Source of the DNA: Botryllus schlosseri
Taxonomy: Eukaryota
Length of the DNA stretch: 64,000 nt
Direction: 5' to 3'
NCBI GenBank assembly: GCA_051294905.1
Contig: CM119383.1
Location: 11,842,001-11,906,000 of the forward strand
Shown: piece by piece, positions 12,401 to 22,090 of the stretch
How the letters are laid out: every line of letters starts with the position of its first letter
Position numbering within the stretch: position 1 is the stretch's first letter
Notes under the pieces: generated by a model
Databases searched by the model: none
What the model saw: the letters and a program-made list of their open reading frames with translations, nothing else
Told to the model about the DNA's origin: nothing
Position numbers and translations under genes: made by a program

Positions 12401-15400
12401 ATTGTTTACAAACTCAAAATTTTTTTGATCCCACCATTGCGTTCGTATCGTAGATTTTGATATTTTACAGCTTATAGCCTACTTTATAGGCCTACCGTTA
12501 TAGACGGCTGGCCCATTGTCTGCTCATCTTGGATCATAAACTGTCAAACGAAACAAATAGGTTGACAATTGAATTGGTGTTACGCTCAACGTACCGCAAA
12601 ATCCTTACTGAAGCAAGACTGCTTGGGCATTGCATGGTTCTTTTATCAAGAAGCGCATGATGAAAAATTGTGATATGACAACATTGTCAGAATGAAGCAA
12701 CATGGTGTATCACCAGCAGTGTACGCACAACTTCAGTGTTGTCAGACAACAACTAATGCTGTTGAACGGTCTTTCTCCATTCTTGGCAAGCTACTTAGTA
12801 AGGACGGACGCTTTCTACCCAAGAATGTAGGAAAGTATCTTAGGTGGTACTACAACAAGTTTTAATTAACTCCACCATATTACGTGCTGTAACTACTGGC
12901 CCAGATATCGTTAAAATAAAGTTTTTTCGTGTCGACGTTTGTCAGTTTTTAAGCCAAAAACGCTTTTTCAGGCCTAACTTCTTCGTAAGGACGGACAGTC
13001 TCAACCAGAAATGAATATAAGTAGCCTAAAACAACTTTAAAGTTATGTGCGAAAACACCTAATTTGCGTACGTGAGGTTAAAATTTCGTCAAAATTAAGT
13101 TTTTTTAGGTCAAAATCCTCTGATTTTAAGGTAAAAGACGCCCTAGTTATTACACCCCACGGCCCACATAAGTCAAATACGTGATTATTACGTCATGAAT
13201 GGTGAAAATATTTTGACCGCCTACGCCCTATACGCCCTACGGCGTGCGTAAACTATGTGGTACGCGAGCACTGCGTAAAACCTCGAAGTGGTACGTGGGT
13301 GGAAAAAGGTTGGGAACCACTGCATTAGACCTTCTATAATTCTATGTGCATCCATTTTGCTTTCCCTATATATTTGCGCATGTGCATAGGCTACATATAA
13401 ATATACTACATATAGATGGGTGGTGCGAATAAACATATACGTCATGAATTCGCGTCACAACAAGTGAAATTCCGGATGCCATGCATAGTTCTTGAAGTAA
13501 GCCTGTTGGAAGGAATTTAATGTTCTACTTCGCATACATTGTGAATATCTTAAATTAGGAATGTTTGCAAAACTTTCTGGATTTCAAGCTGTCACTGTGA
13601 TTAACTTAGGGAACATTCACAGTCGCTTGAAAAAGAATACCCGAAGGAATTTCCTAACCTATCTCAATTAGTTGAAAGTCCAGGAGTTTGGAGCAGGCGT
13701 AAATGTCAAATTGCTCCAACTCCATAAAATTTCCGAGTGAAAACCATCAGATTGGTCAGTCAGTGCCCTCGGTTGCAGCTGTGAACATGTGACTGATGCC
13801 CTACTGTCAAATCCCATGCGGTGTTAGATAGAAAAGGGGGCAACAATTCTTAATTTTGTGCAGAGTTGCTGTTAAATTATGTGAATTCAGCCATTATAGT
13901 TGGGACGGCTCCAGCTCGATATGAATTTCACGTAGAGTTCCAGCTCTAGCCCCGGCTCCATTCAAAATGCGCGGCTAAGGGGCTCCGGCTCCAATGCCCT
14001 GGTTGAAACCTCTCCGCCCAATTCATTTTCTGTTGTCGACATAACCACTATATTCCAGAAGAAATTCAAGACGGGCTTCCGGATGGACATGAATAGGCTG
14101 AACGTGATATGTTCGTTGGAAAAATTTTTCATATGGTCGGTCATACCCAAAGGCATTGTCGAAAGATTTACGCGTTATTATTTCATTCGCCTCTCCCTGA
14201 CATTGCGAAAATATATTTTCGTCTCTCATTCATATCAAATCGATTCGCAGACTTTCAAAACACGACAAATAATTTTGCTTCTGACATGCAGCTGCAGAAA
14301 TCCCATTAAGTGATTCCCCTATGAAACTTTGAAAATAAATTTCGCATAGCTTATATGCCTATCATTTTCAAAAAAAGCGCAATTTCTACAATTTACACTA
14401 GCTTAACATTTGCACAAGGATAATTGAGCTAAATGTGAACTAAAACTTACGGGGTCCGCGGGGGCCTTGACAGACAAAAAGTGGTCCGCGGACACAAAAA
14501 GATTGAGAACCACTGCGTATAGCATCAATTTAATTTCCTTCTACTATCCAACGTATAAGCCAAACTCTATTTTTTTCGCAGGCACGTCCTCCAAAGCTTT
14601 TTAAAAATCCGGTAAGCACTTCTATCAAATTTTCTTGTGGTACAACTATATAAATCCCAGCTACTATCGATGAATAGATTGTCGTATTTGCCGTTTTTTC
14701 TACATCGCATCTCCAGCGAAGATTCTATAGGCTAGGCCTACTTACTGCTCCAGTGTCCATATATTTCCAGGGTGTACCGTTGTCCGCAACCGTGCCTTTC
14801 AGCAACCTCAAGGGACATAAGATTGTCATAAATGGCATACCACTCGATCAGGAACCACGCAAGTAATCACATACCTCTTACGCGTCTTTTTATATTCATA
14901 GTCAAAATTTAAGAGTTGAAACTCAATAATGATGTTCGAATAATAGCCTAAGAGTTTCTTTTCTATATTTTCGAACTTGTTTCCAGACCAAACCCCAAAA
15001 TACCTGCTTCTAGTGGAGGCATAAACAAAACATTTGAACCGGGGCCTACGATAACCTAAGTTATCGTAGGCCCCGATTTGAACAGTGTATGAAACTTCAC
15101 ATCCGAGACTATATACTAGGGATGGTGTGAACGTGAGGTTCACGTTCGCGTTCTGTGTGTGAACCTCGGAAATTTGGAGGTTCGCGTTCACAACAGAACC
15201 TTGGTAGGTTCTGCACAGTGAACTTTTTTCATATATACTATTACAATTTTCACTCCATTATGACATCTTTGGTTCGAATTTATTGCATTTTAACTGCGGG
15301 TCACTCTATGTATAGAAAAATCAACACAAAACGAGCATGCAACTTGACAATCCTAAAAATTTTACTTGCTTCGTTACAAAAGTTTGCTCGAAATATCCAT

Positions 15401-18400
15401 CATTCCGTTTGTGAATATTTAGTGACTCTCTGCTGTGAACTTAACCCGCAATCACACAACATCACGAGCAAAATACACTACATGTAGTCAGCGAATGATG
15501 CTTATTCAACCAATCAATGAGATTGATATCGTTTTTTGATGTAACAAACCTAGCAGGCGTACGGGGTCAATCTTGACTTCATATGTTAACTGTAGGCCTA
15601 TCATTGAAACCAAATCCGTGCGATTGAGGTATTGGCTGCAGCTGTATAACTTGTGGGGTAGTCTAATATCGGTAGCAAGTATAGAAACCTGTTCTACACT
15701 CTGCTCAATATCAATGCAGCAACACTCAGACGCCGAATACATTGTCCGGTATGGCCAAGACCGTTAAGGCGTAAGCTTATATTCCCTGGATAAGTCCTCG
15801 TCGAAATTGTTGGCAAAGCGACGGATGATATTGATTTTATGGGAGTATTGTATCATGTGATTGCCTATAGGTTGATACATTTAACGACCTAAAACGCCAA
15901 TATGTACTTCAGCATTGTCGCCTTATGTGGCCCGAGTCGTCGCTGGGTATCGTGCACATTAATATAGGCTTTTTAGCTATCACTTCACTGAAAGATAGGG
16001 TTGGAATTAGCAACCCTATCTTTCAATTAGCAACGTCACGTGACGTCATGAGGTTCACGTTTGCGTTCACACAGAACCTTTCAAAAAGGTTCGCGTTCAC
16101 ACGAACCTGAACCTTTCAGAGGTTCACACCATCCCTACTATATACATTTCATACAGGCACAGGGGTCCGTGAATACATTTTGCTGCGGCCCACAAGGTCA
16201 CAAATAATTAATTTAAACGCCAGCAACCTAAATAAACACAATTGAATGATTGATTGCTATTTCCTTGCACAAAATAGTGTGTAACTTGTCATTTACCGCA
16301 TTAACAAAAAAATTTATATTCTATGTTTCGTAATATGTGTGATTACACATGAAAGTAGGAAGTGGGCTCTGTTGTTTGAAAGGTTGTTGCCTTTGCAGCA
16401 GTAAAAGAGTGTCTATTATCTATTTTACCTACATAAAGCCCACCACGCCCCTGTTGACATGGTTACATTCCACTCAATTGCCCAAACTGATTTTTGTACC
16501 TGAAAGTATATCGCTGACTTGATTTGCACTCGGTGGAAGTCTTGAAAATCTTCGCTTTTCGGTCACAGCGAACACTTGATAATCTCGCGGGTTTGGTGTA
16601 GAATTACTTGAAATGGCCGTATCCCACAAAAAAAAATCCCGCACACTTTAAATGATGAAATATTCGAAAATATAGTTACCGCGTGATACGGGGGACACTC
16701 ACGTCATTCTCACGACAATTTCACTCGTAAAACTACTTTCTACTTTTCCAAATACATATGTAAAAAGTGTAGTTTAGTATATATGTATAGTATGGAAAAA
16801 AATCAGGCAAAACCTATTACTACGTAAAAGTAGAAGCACTTCCTTATTGACCACCTTTGCTAAGAAGTAAGTATTTAGTAATAATAATAACGTAATTATC
16901 ACACATTATCCGTTACTGACCATCTCCGATGCGATTTTCAGATTCACCTTCGACTTGAGAGGAGCCCCTCCGGACAACGACATCTACATGCACATGGACT
17001 CACGTTTCGCGCAGCGTCGAATCGTCCGCAACTCCATGCTGCGCGGGAAATGGGGCGGCGAAGAGCGTCAGCTCGCTATACCCTTTCCTTTCTACCCCGG
17101 CGTGCCGTACAAGGTATATATTTGCTGCAGGGTTAACCAAGTCACAAGTTTCAAGTAAAATCTTACTTTAATAGTTTTGACTTGAGTCAAGTCTAGTCAT
17201 TTTCAATTCATCAACGAGTCAAGTCCGAGTATACAAGTGAGGGAGAAAAGTGTCGAGTCAGAGTCCGGGTCCAAGTCATTGTGTTCACTGTTCAGTATCG
17301 AGTTCAGTCAGGCTCAACTCCTTTATCTGTATAACTCCTGGGTGGTATCGAATGCATCGCATTCATAATATACTCATTTTCTCACTCTTGACATTATTCA
17401 AATAGATGAAAGGCATTTTCTGGGTCGATTTTTCAAGTGCCGGTACTGATAGACGAGACTTAATCACATTATGTATGGAATGTATGAAGTCATATGACTT
17501 GGTACACGCAATTACTCGGGTACAAGTTGTGTCAATACAAAAGGGGACTAAAGTCGCGTCGAGTCATTTTCCATCGTTACCAGAATGATTCGAGTCAAGT
17601 CAAATTATAGATAACTAACCTACGGATAGATACGCAACACCCGTCGTCACGCTTGCTTGCACGGAGGTAATTACTGCTCAGCAATCTGAACGCAACATAA
17701 TTGCTGATCCCATAGCTGACCTGACCACCCGCGTGCTTAAATTCAATAAAGTTGATCTTATTAGAAAGCTACTGTCGCACTGATTCCGAAAATATACATT
17801 AAAATCTAACCAGCGCTATGGAACCTCCTTGAAATACACCTCAAAGTTTGAAAATCGGCATTGTACTGAACAATCGCAACCACGCAAGGGCCATTGTTAT
17901 GGTCATTGTGCTGCGTCGCTGCGATTGTTTAGAACAATGCCGAATTTTACACTTTGAGGTGTATTTCAAGGGAGTTCCATTGTCCTGATTGGATTTTAAT
18001 GTATATATTCGGAATCAGTGCGACTGTAGCTTTCAAATAAGATCAACTTTATTGAATTTAAGCGCGCGGGTCGTCAGCTATGGGATTAGCAATTATGTTG
18101 CGTTCTGATTGCTGAGCAGTAATTTACTCCGGGCAAGCAAGCGTGACTACGGGTGTTTCGTATATATCCGTAGGTTAGTTATCTACAGTCTAATCAACGA
18201 GATGTTGCGACTCGAGTCGGATTTGCTGACGATTTCGTGTCTGCAAAAAAGTCGATGCTCACCACCGTTTCGTTGGCAGATCACGATTCACGTGGAAGAG
18301 CAATCGTTTCGCGTGGTTCTGAACGGAATGGAGATCTTCCGCTTCAACCACAGGAAGCGTCCTCTCACTCTCATCGGCCAGGTGGATTTCCACGGGTCGA

Positions 18401-18429
18401 CAGACATATCTTGCGTGAAATTCAAGTAA
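481..18429 (+). CDS. Tandem-repeat (bi-CRD) galectin, paralog A, 5'-partial. Exons in window: 481-688, 11965-12093, 14771-14862, 16942-17113, 18280-18429 (stop). Earlier exons presumably lie upstream of the window.
   Basis: All modelled introns are GT-AG with consistent phases. N-CRD: FHINLKAG..IALHFNPRF..IVRNT..GRWGVEERR..ILCQEHQFK|VTVNGCHVLEYEHRIP. C-CRD: GVPLSATVPF..KIVINGIP..|FTFDL..YMHMDSRF..IVRNS..KWGGEERQ..|ITIHVEEQSFRVVLNG..FNHR..*. Exon sizes 208 and 92 equal those of paralog B. Confidence 0.88.
2060..2295. mobile_element. Small hAT-type MITE
   Basis: CAGAGATGGCCAACC / GGTTGGCCACCCCTG. Flanks GGCTAGAA / GGCTACAA (7/8). Confidence 0.8.
2995..3260 (+). mobile_element. tRNA-derived SINE, family 1 (central domain resembles the MetaSINE Meta domain), (CT)n tail
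   Basis: A-box-like TAGTGTAATGG, B-box GGGTTCGATCCC, then GGTCATACCAAAGACTCGAAAAATGGTA...CCTGCTAGGCGCTCAGCA, ending in TCTC repeats. Second copy at 11367-11636. Confidence 0.8.
4920..5414. mobile_element. hAT-type MITE (GACTCGAG-rich family) nested in 3569-9048
   Basis: TIR CAGGGTTGTAA / TTACAACCCTA. Perfect TSD CCAATACC at 4912-4919 and 5415-5422. Related GACTCGAGTC-rich sequence occurs near 17130-17600, 34940-35000 and 35230-35290. Confidence 0.88.
5836..7548 (-). CDS. Bel/Pao gag-like ORF (DUF1759-type domain) with N-terminal 17-aa repeats, 570 aa, C-terminally truncated into the LTR remnant
   Basis: PKIEIMKFSGSITQYAQFRESF..KRLALLQQYCDGKPKELIQHC..GYAKAMEILDEQYGNP..ALNDLANKMKEC..DLNTFDNIVKLSCRLP, typical of Bel/Pao gag, preceded by a coiled-coil-like segment. 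Confidence 0.85.
   Translation of the reverse strand: MMTHAANISAMNLQQQPMMAHDVNASAMNLQQELMMAHAANTSAMNLQQEPMMAHAANTSAMNLQQETMMAHAANTSAMNLQKEPMMAHAANTSAMNLQQEHMMTQDVNADIMKLQMMVKNLQQLYLEVEYLMLNKENRSLVISKSRLIDKVFDEYSCTKNIRVSLLHEDGDQTVKIKLEYENEVKAFQEAKLHINDWMYGDMKDDVQEWCKRSTNIKRSDRSHGSSLSSLCYSSTATRRIEAIALRELAKLELSQLRKKVELETRRRELETKQRELEAEQRAVELQHKYEAACLQAEIWENADEEYISRETRGVSMPMNTTAKSKSTAEGNIKHSFIPMSSDIPPIDPMSLIPQKEDHEVGSYIMNSSPSKACASKEYDIPILSAPAVQPQVSMSVNNTCFATDLANAIASAMNVPKIEIMKFSGSITQYAQFRESFQVNVVEKIFDNGKRLALLQQYCDGKPKELIQHCSMYPLTEGYAKAMEILDEQYGNPIVISRKFLDELIRAPPIKYDDAGALNDLANKMKECYLVPLHLNRVQDLNTFDNIVKLSCRLPTKYHGNWEDVHQDR
7237..7548 (-). repeat. 51-bp tandem repeat, about 6 copies, encoding MMAHAANTSAMNLQQEP-like units
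   Basis: Unit catcatgggttcttgttgcaaattcattgcacttgtattggcagcatgtgc. The 51-nt period was checked (7288 to 7339). Confidence 0.95.
8076..8671. mobile_element. Foldback-like MITE (long near-perfect inverted arms) nested in 3569-9048
   Basis: CATAGTGTCCTATATGGTGTCGACAC... mirrored at the right end, arms about 270 bp. TSD GTTCTAAC at 8068-8075 and 8672-8679. A diverged single arm lies at about 52985-53227. Confidence 0.9.
9310..10644 (-). mobile_element. hAT element derivative carrying a decayed transposase fragment (about 9600-10020, minus strand)
   Basis: TIR CAGGGTTGCCAT / ATGGCAACCCTG. Perfect TSD CCTATTAG at 9302-9309 and 10645-10652. The minus strand reads ICNCDINL..KH (BED-like) and AAAEDVWAFHTVKHQQSFLYNDCTSQLFK..PDSNIA..FSI*VDASN, with stops and frameshifts. 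Confidence 0.8.
11367..11636 (+). mobile_element. tRNA-derived SINE, family 1, second copy
   Basis: Colinear with 2995-3260 over its whole length, including the CT tail. Confidence 0.8.
12115..13322. mobile_element. hAT (Charlie/Buster-like) MITE containing a second nested element
   Basis: CAGTGGTTCCCAACC / GGTTGGGAACCACTG. Perfect TSD CATTAGAC at 12107-12114 and 13323-13330. Confidence 0.9.
12349..13145 (+). mobile_element. Nested hAT derivative with a transposase C-terminal remnant (12692-12865)
   Basis: TAGGACG..CTTTTAC / GTAAAAGACGCCCTA. Flanks GTTATTGC / GTTATTAC (7/8). The 57-codon frame MKQHGVSPAVYAQLQCCQTTTNAVERSFSILGKLLSKDGRFLPKNVGKYLRWYYNKF* contains the hAT dimerisation-type VERSFS motif. 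Confidence 0.75.
15117..16137. mobile_element. hAT-type non-autonomous element with GTGAAC/GTTCAC subterminal repeats
   Basis: TAGGGATGGTGTGAAC / GTTCACACCATCCCTA. Perfect TSD CTATATAC at 15109-15116 and 16138-16145. Confidence 0.9.
17608..18185. mobile_element. Foldback/MITE palindrome (about 580 bp) in the last intron of galectin A
   Basis: TAGATAACTAACCTACGGATA... mirrored by ...TATCCGTAGGTTAGTTATCTA. Arms are about 270 bp and diverged. The terminal TA could be a TA TSD. Confidence 0.85.
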
Positions 18430-21400
18430 CGATCGCACAGGCCGCAGGACTTATCTGTCTCGCATGATTTTGGTGATAGTCAACGTGTATTGAACTTGTT
18501 TCCGTTCCTACATACCCACTGATATCGTTGCAAGCTATACTTCATTCGAACAACGCAGTTTATGTGACGTGGTTCTGTTCCCCATACTTCCGACAACGTA
18601 TACCGAGGCGGTCACAGTTGTTCGTACTCACTATCTCATGCCATTACAATTTATGTCGTTATTTTTTTCAATCAAATTCAATCAGAAGCAGATGTGGTCA
18701 AAGTGGTCATCGTTGCTATGCTCAATTAGAAGTAGAAGAAACGATGTAAATTTCTATACTCAATTTCGAGTAGAAGTAGTAAGTTCAAAGGCGGCTACTT
18801 TCGGAATTGCAACATATCTCTTAGCGACTATCCCTCATTCGCCTCAAGTCGGTCAATCGCCACACTCAAGTCATCCAGTCTCCGCTGACAGTTTTCGAAT
18901 TTCATAATAGGCGCAATTTCCAACAGTATAATCTGTTACCGTCTTACATTATTTGCATCGCCCTGTTGCTTATGGCGATTTCACTCGATGATGATCATCT
19001 GTCTCTTTATATATTACTTTATGCTTGGCAAGAATTAAAACTTAACAAATAAGCTTCGAAAACAGCTCAAGTGGAAAAAGTAAAATAGCCTGAAGACGTA
19101 GCCACTTAATTGAGTTTGAGTATGTACTGGAAGAATAGGCCAATCCTGCTTGCATACTGTAAAAAATGTTTCAGTTCTTCGTTACTGACCAGTGACCCCC
19201 TCGATAGGCCTACATATCTGATCTTTTATGTTTTTAGCTTCCGCTAATGTGTAAACTGTACATTTTCGTAATCGCTTTCCACATATGCGCGGATATCACT
19301 CATACGCAGTAAACCGATATTTCTGTCATCTGATGAATGGAGATTGCTACTACTGCTGATGGAGATTGCATTCGGCAGTGAAATAGGCGGTTGATTGCGA
19401 GTAGGCTATTCGCAAAAGGGCAGGCACTATAAAATGGGATGAAATGAAGTCGTGATATCAGAAATGCAAATCACACTCCAAAGAAGTTTGGCACTAGACC
19501 GGTGCCATATTCCTCTCTGTTGGATATCCTGTCTGCCGAGTTTCCATATTGATGTCAAAGATCTAGCTAGATTGAAAAATAACCCTGTGCGAGTTTACAT
19601 ACTAACTTCTCGTATAAGTTAGCTTAGCCTACACGACATTTGTAGGTTACTATGCGAAGGCATCAGGCGCATCATATCCCTTAGTATTAGCGGTCAGGAT
19701 TCGGTGTCGCATGTATTTCAAAACCCGGTAGTCGATACAAATTGCTGCTAATACGCGAGTTTTGGTCGCTTGGTGTCAGCTGGGACATGCTCAAGCTCAC
19801 GGGTGTTTGGTATTTGGTTATTTACGTGAGTGAGATCACCGCCGCGCATGTTTACTTTAGTCTGGGTGAGCTCTGGTTCGTTTCAGTGGTGAGGAAGCAA
19901 CATAATTTATTCTCGTTAGCAGGCAAGATAGGTCTTCAGCGCTAAAACAATTCGCTATGTGCGTAGTAGGAAGTTCGAACTGATTTGACGGTACCGCCCT
20001 GACTGAAGTACTAATAACGCCGCTACTCTACTATTGGTCACCGTACTTATCGGATTGTTACGATTCATATTCCCAATTCATGTGTACTGTGTAGCCTTTG
20101 TCAGCTCGAATTGTGTAGCACTAGAGCTCTCATATTCACAGAACTCCTACTCCATGCACAATACACATATATAGCCTAATCTCTATCTGTTGCACGTGGA
20201 CGTTTTCAGTAAATATTTGTTACTGAGCGTCGTACCACAAATTTATGGATCACCAATCACGCAGTCTTGTAAATTGTCAGCTGAATGAGTGGATGGTGAT
20301 TGGTGATAGCTCGCACATGGAAATGTGAACTGAACAATGTAGACTTCAGAAAATGCGAAAAGCATTATTGGACCGGGCTCTACATGGTATATGCGGTGTA
20401 CGATTTATTTTATAATAGGCTACATACAGCATACAGAGCGGAAGTATAGCCATAGCCGAGCGATTTTCCAAAGCAATTGATCCTGATCAGTAACATATAG
20501 GCCCAAATGCTATTCAGTGCCTTCTGGCTATTCCTTGCTCACTGTGACTACTTAATCATGCGAATCGCTGTCGTCCTATAGAAACCGCGGTGACGCTGTA
20601 TAATATCAATAATTACATGTACGGTCGAATCCGCTTGATTCGAGAATGGAGCAAAAGTAAAAATTGCTCGTAGAAAAACGTACGTTATTCGGACAATTCC
20701 CCGCTTAATTCGGACACAGGTTCGCAATTCCTATATTACTAGATTATGACACAGTAAACAGTACTTCGTTCGTTTTAACGCCATATACAACCGCATTATG
20801 AGTGATTATGATTGTGAAACTGTGACGATTAATGCTGCAGCAACCGACAATGAACTCATATAAGGCCGTGCCAGCCTCAGTCGCTTTTACTTTAGCACAA
20901 CTATGTCCATCACATTCTAAAACAGAATGGTAGAGAAAAGTTTAGCAAAAAAAGTAAAATTATTCACTAAAGTAAACGAATAAAATTGTAGACTTTTGGC
21001 GTCTACTGTTGAAGAAAATGCGGCATCATCAGTTTTTCAAACTTGACTCTGCGCATTCTTTCAGCCATGGCCATTTCGCAAACGTACGGGTACACAGAAG
21101 CATTGTATTTTGTGGATTTAGCCTTCAGTTAGCGTTGTTCGCTTTACTTAGGGTTACCAATTACCATCAATGTTTCCTCTAATTTTTCACGAGTCTGCGC
21201 GCAGTCACCAACGCACTGCGCGGTCCCTTGAACAACAGTGCGTAACGACTAGAGAAGAAAAGAAAAAGATCATCACTTCGGCTTATTTGTGTGCAGATAC
21301 CGTGTCAGCACGCAGCTTACCCTTAGAGGTAACAGTGCTTACCACACGTCCTCCTTTAGGAAGATTTTCCCTCATTTTTCAGGTTTTTGAAAATGTACTC

Positions 21401-22090
21401 CGAGGACGCCTAAATGTCCTCCTTTTTGGCAATTCGTCTGCCTATACAGCTGTTACAGCTAGGATAATGGACAGATTCGACTGAAAATGGGCATAAATGA
21501 CGCTAAATAGAAAACGCGGGCGTTGGAGCGGGAAATTCGGCTACCTTGCTTTTAATTCATACTGTTTCGTCGTGGTGCTTTTATCTAGTGGACATACCGT
21601 TTCAGCCCAGGCTTAGCATTGTTTTTGAAGAATTACTGTAGAATTTTAACCGTATATATGTGTGTGCGATACACAGTAATACAGTGTCTGCGGAATTGTT
21701 CGGTATCGAAATACCATACAACAACAACAACCCGATGGTGCAACTCTTGTGAGTTTTATGCGATAAGTGCTAATTACTGCAGTATCGCAGCTGCAACGGC
21801 ACGAAGTGTATTTTTGATGCGTTATCTGCATTTACGCATAACAATGAAATGAACAATTAATTTTCTACTCAATTTGGACGAAGCCGATTCTGCGTTTAAT
21901 GTAGCCAAAAGCGAGCTGAATCAAGTGAAAGTGTCAGAATGATGCGGAGTCGACTATCTACAGAACAATATAATTAAAATCGACTACCTGTCGTCTATGC
22001 AATGGGACTGCTCGCAGTAATACATGCACTCCAAAATTTAGATATATATAATTATATAGATATAGATCAGTCGGTGTGATATCGAAGAAT

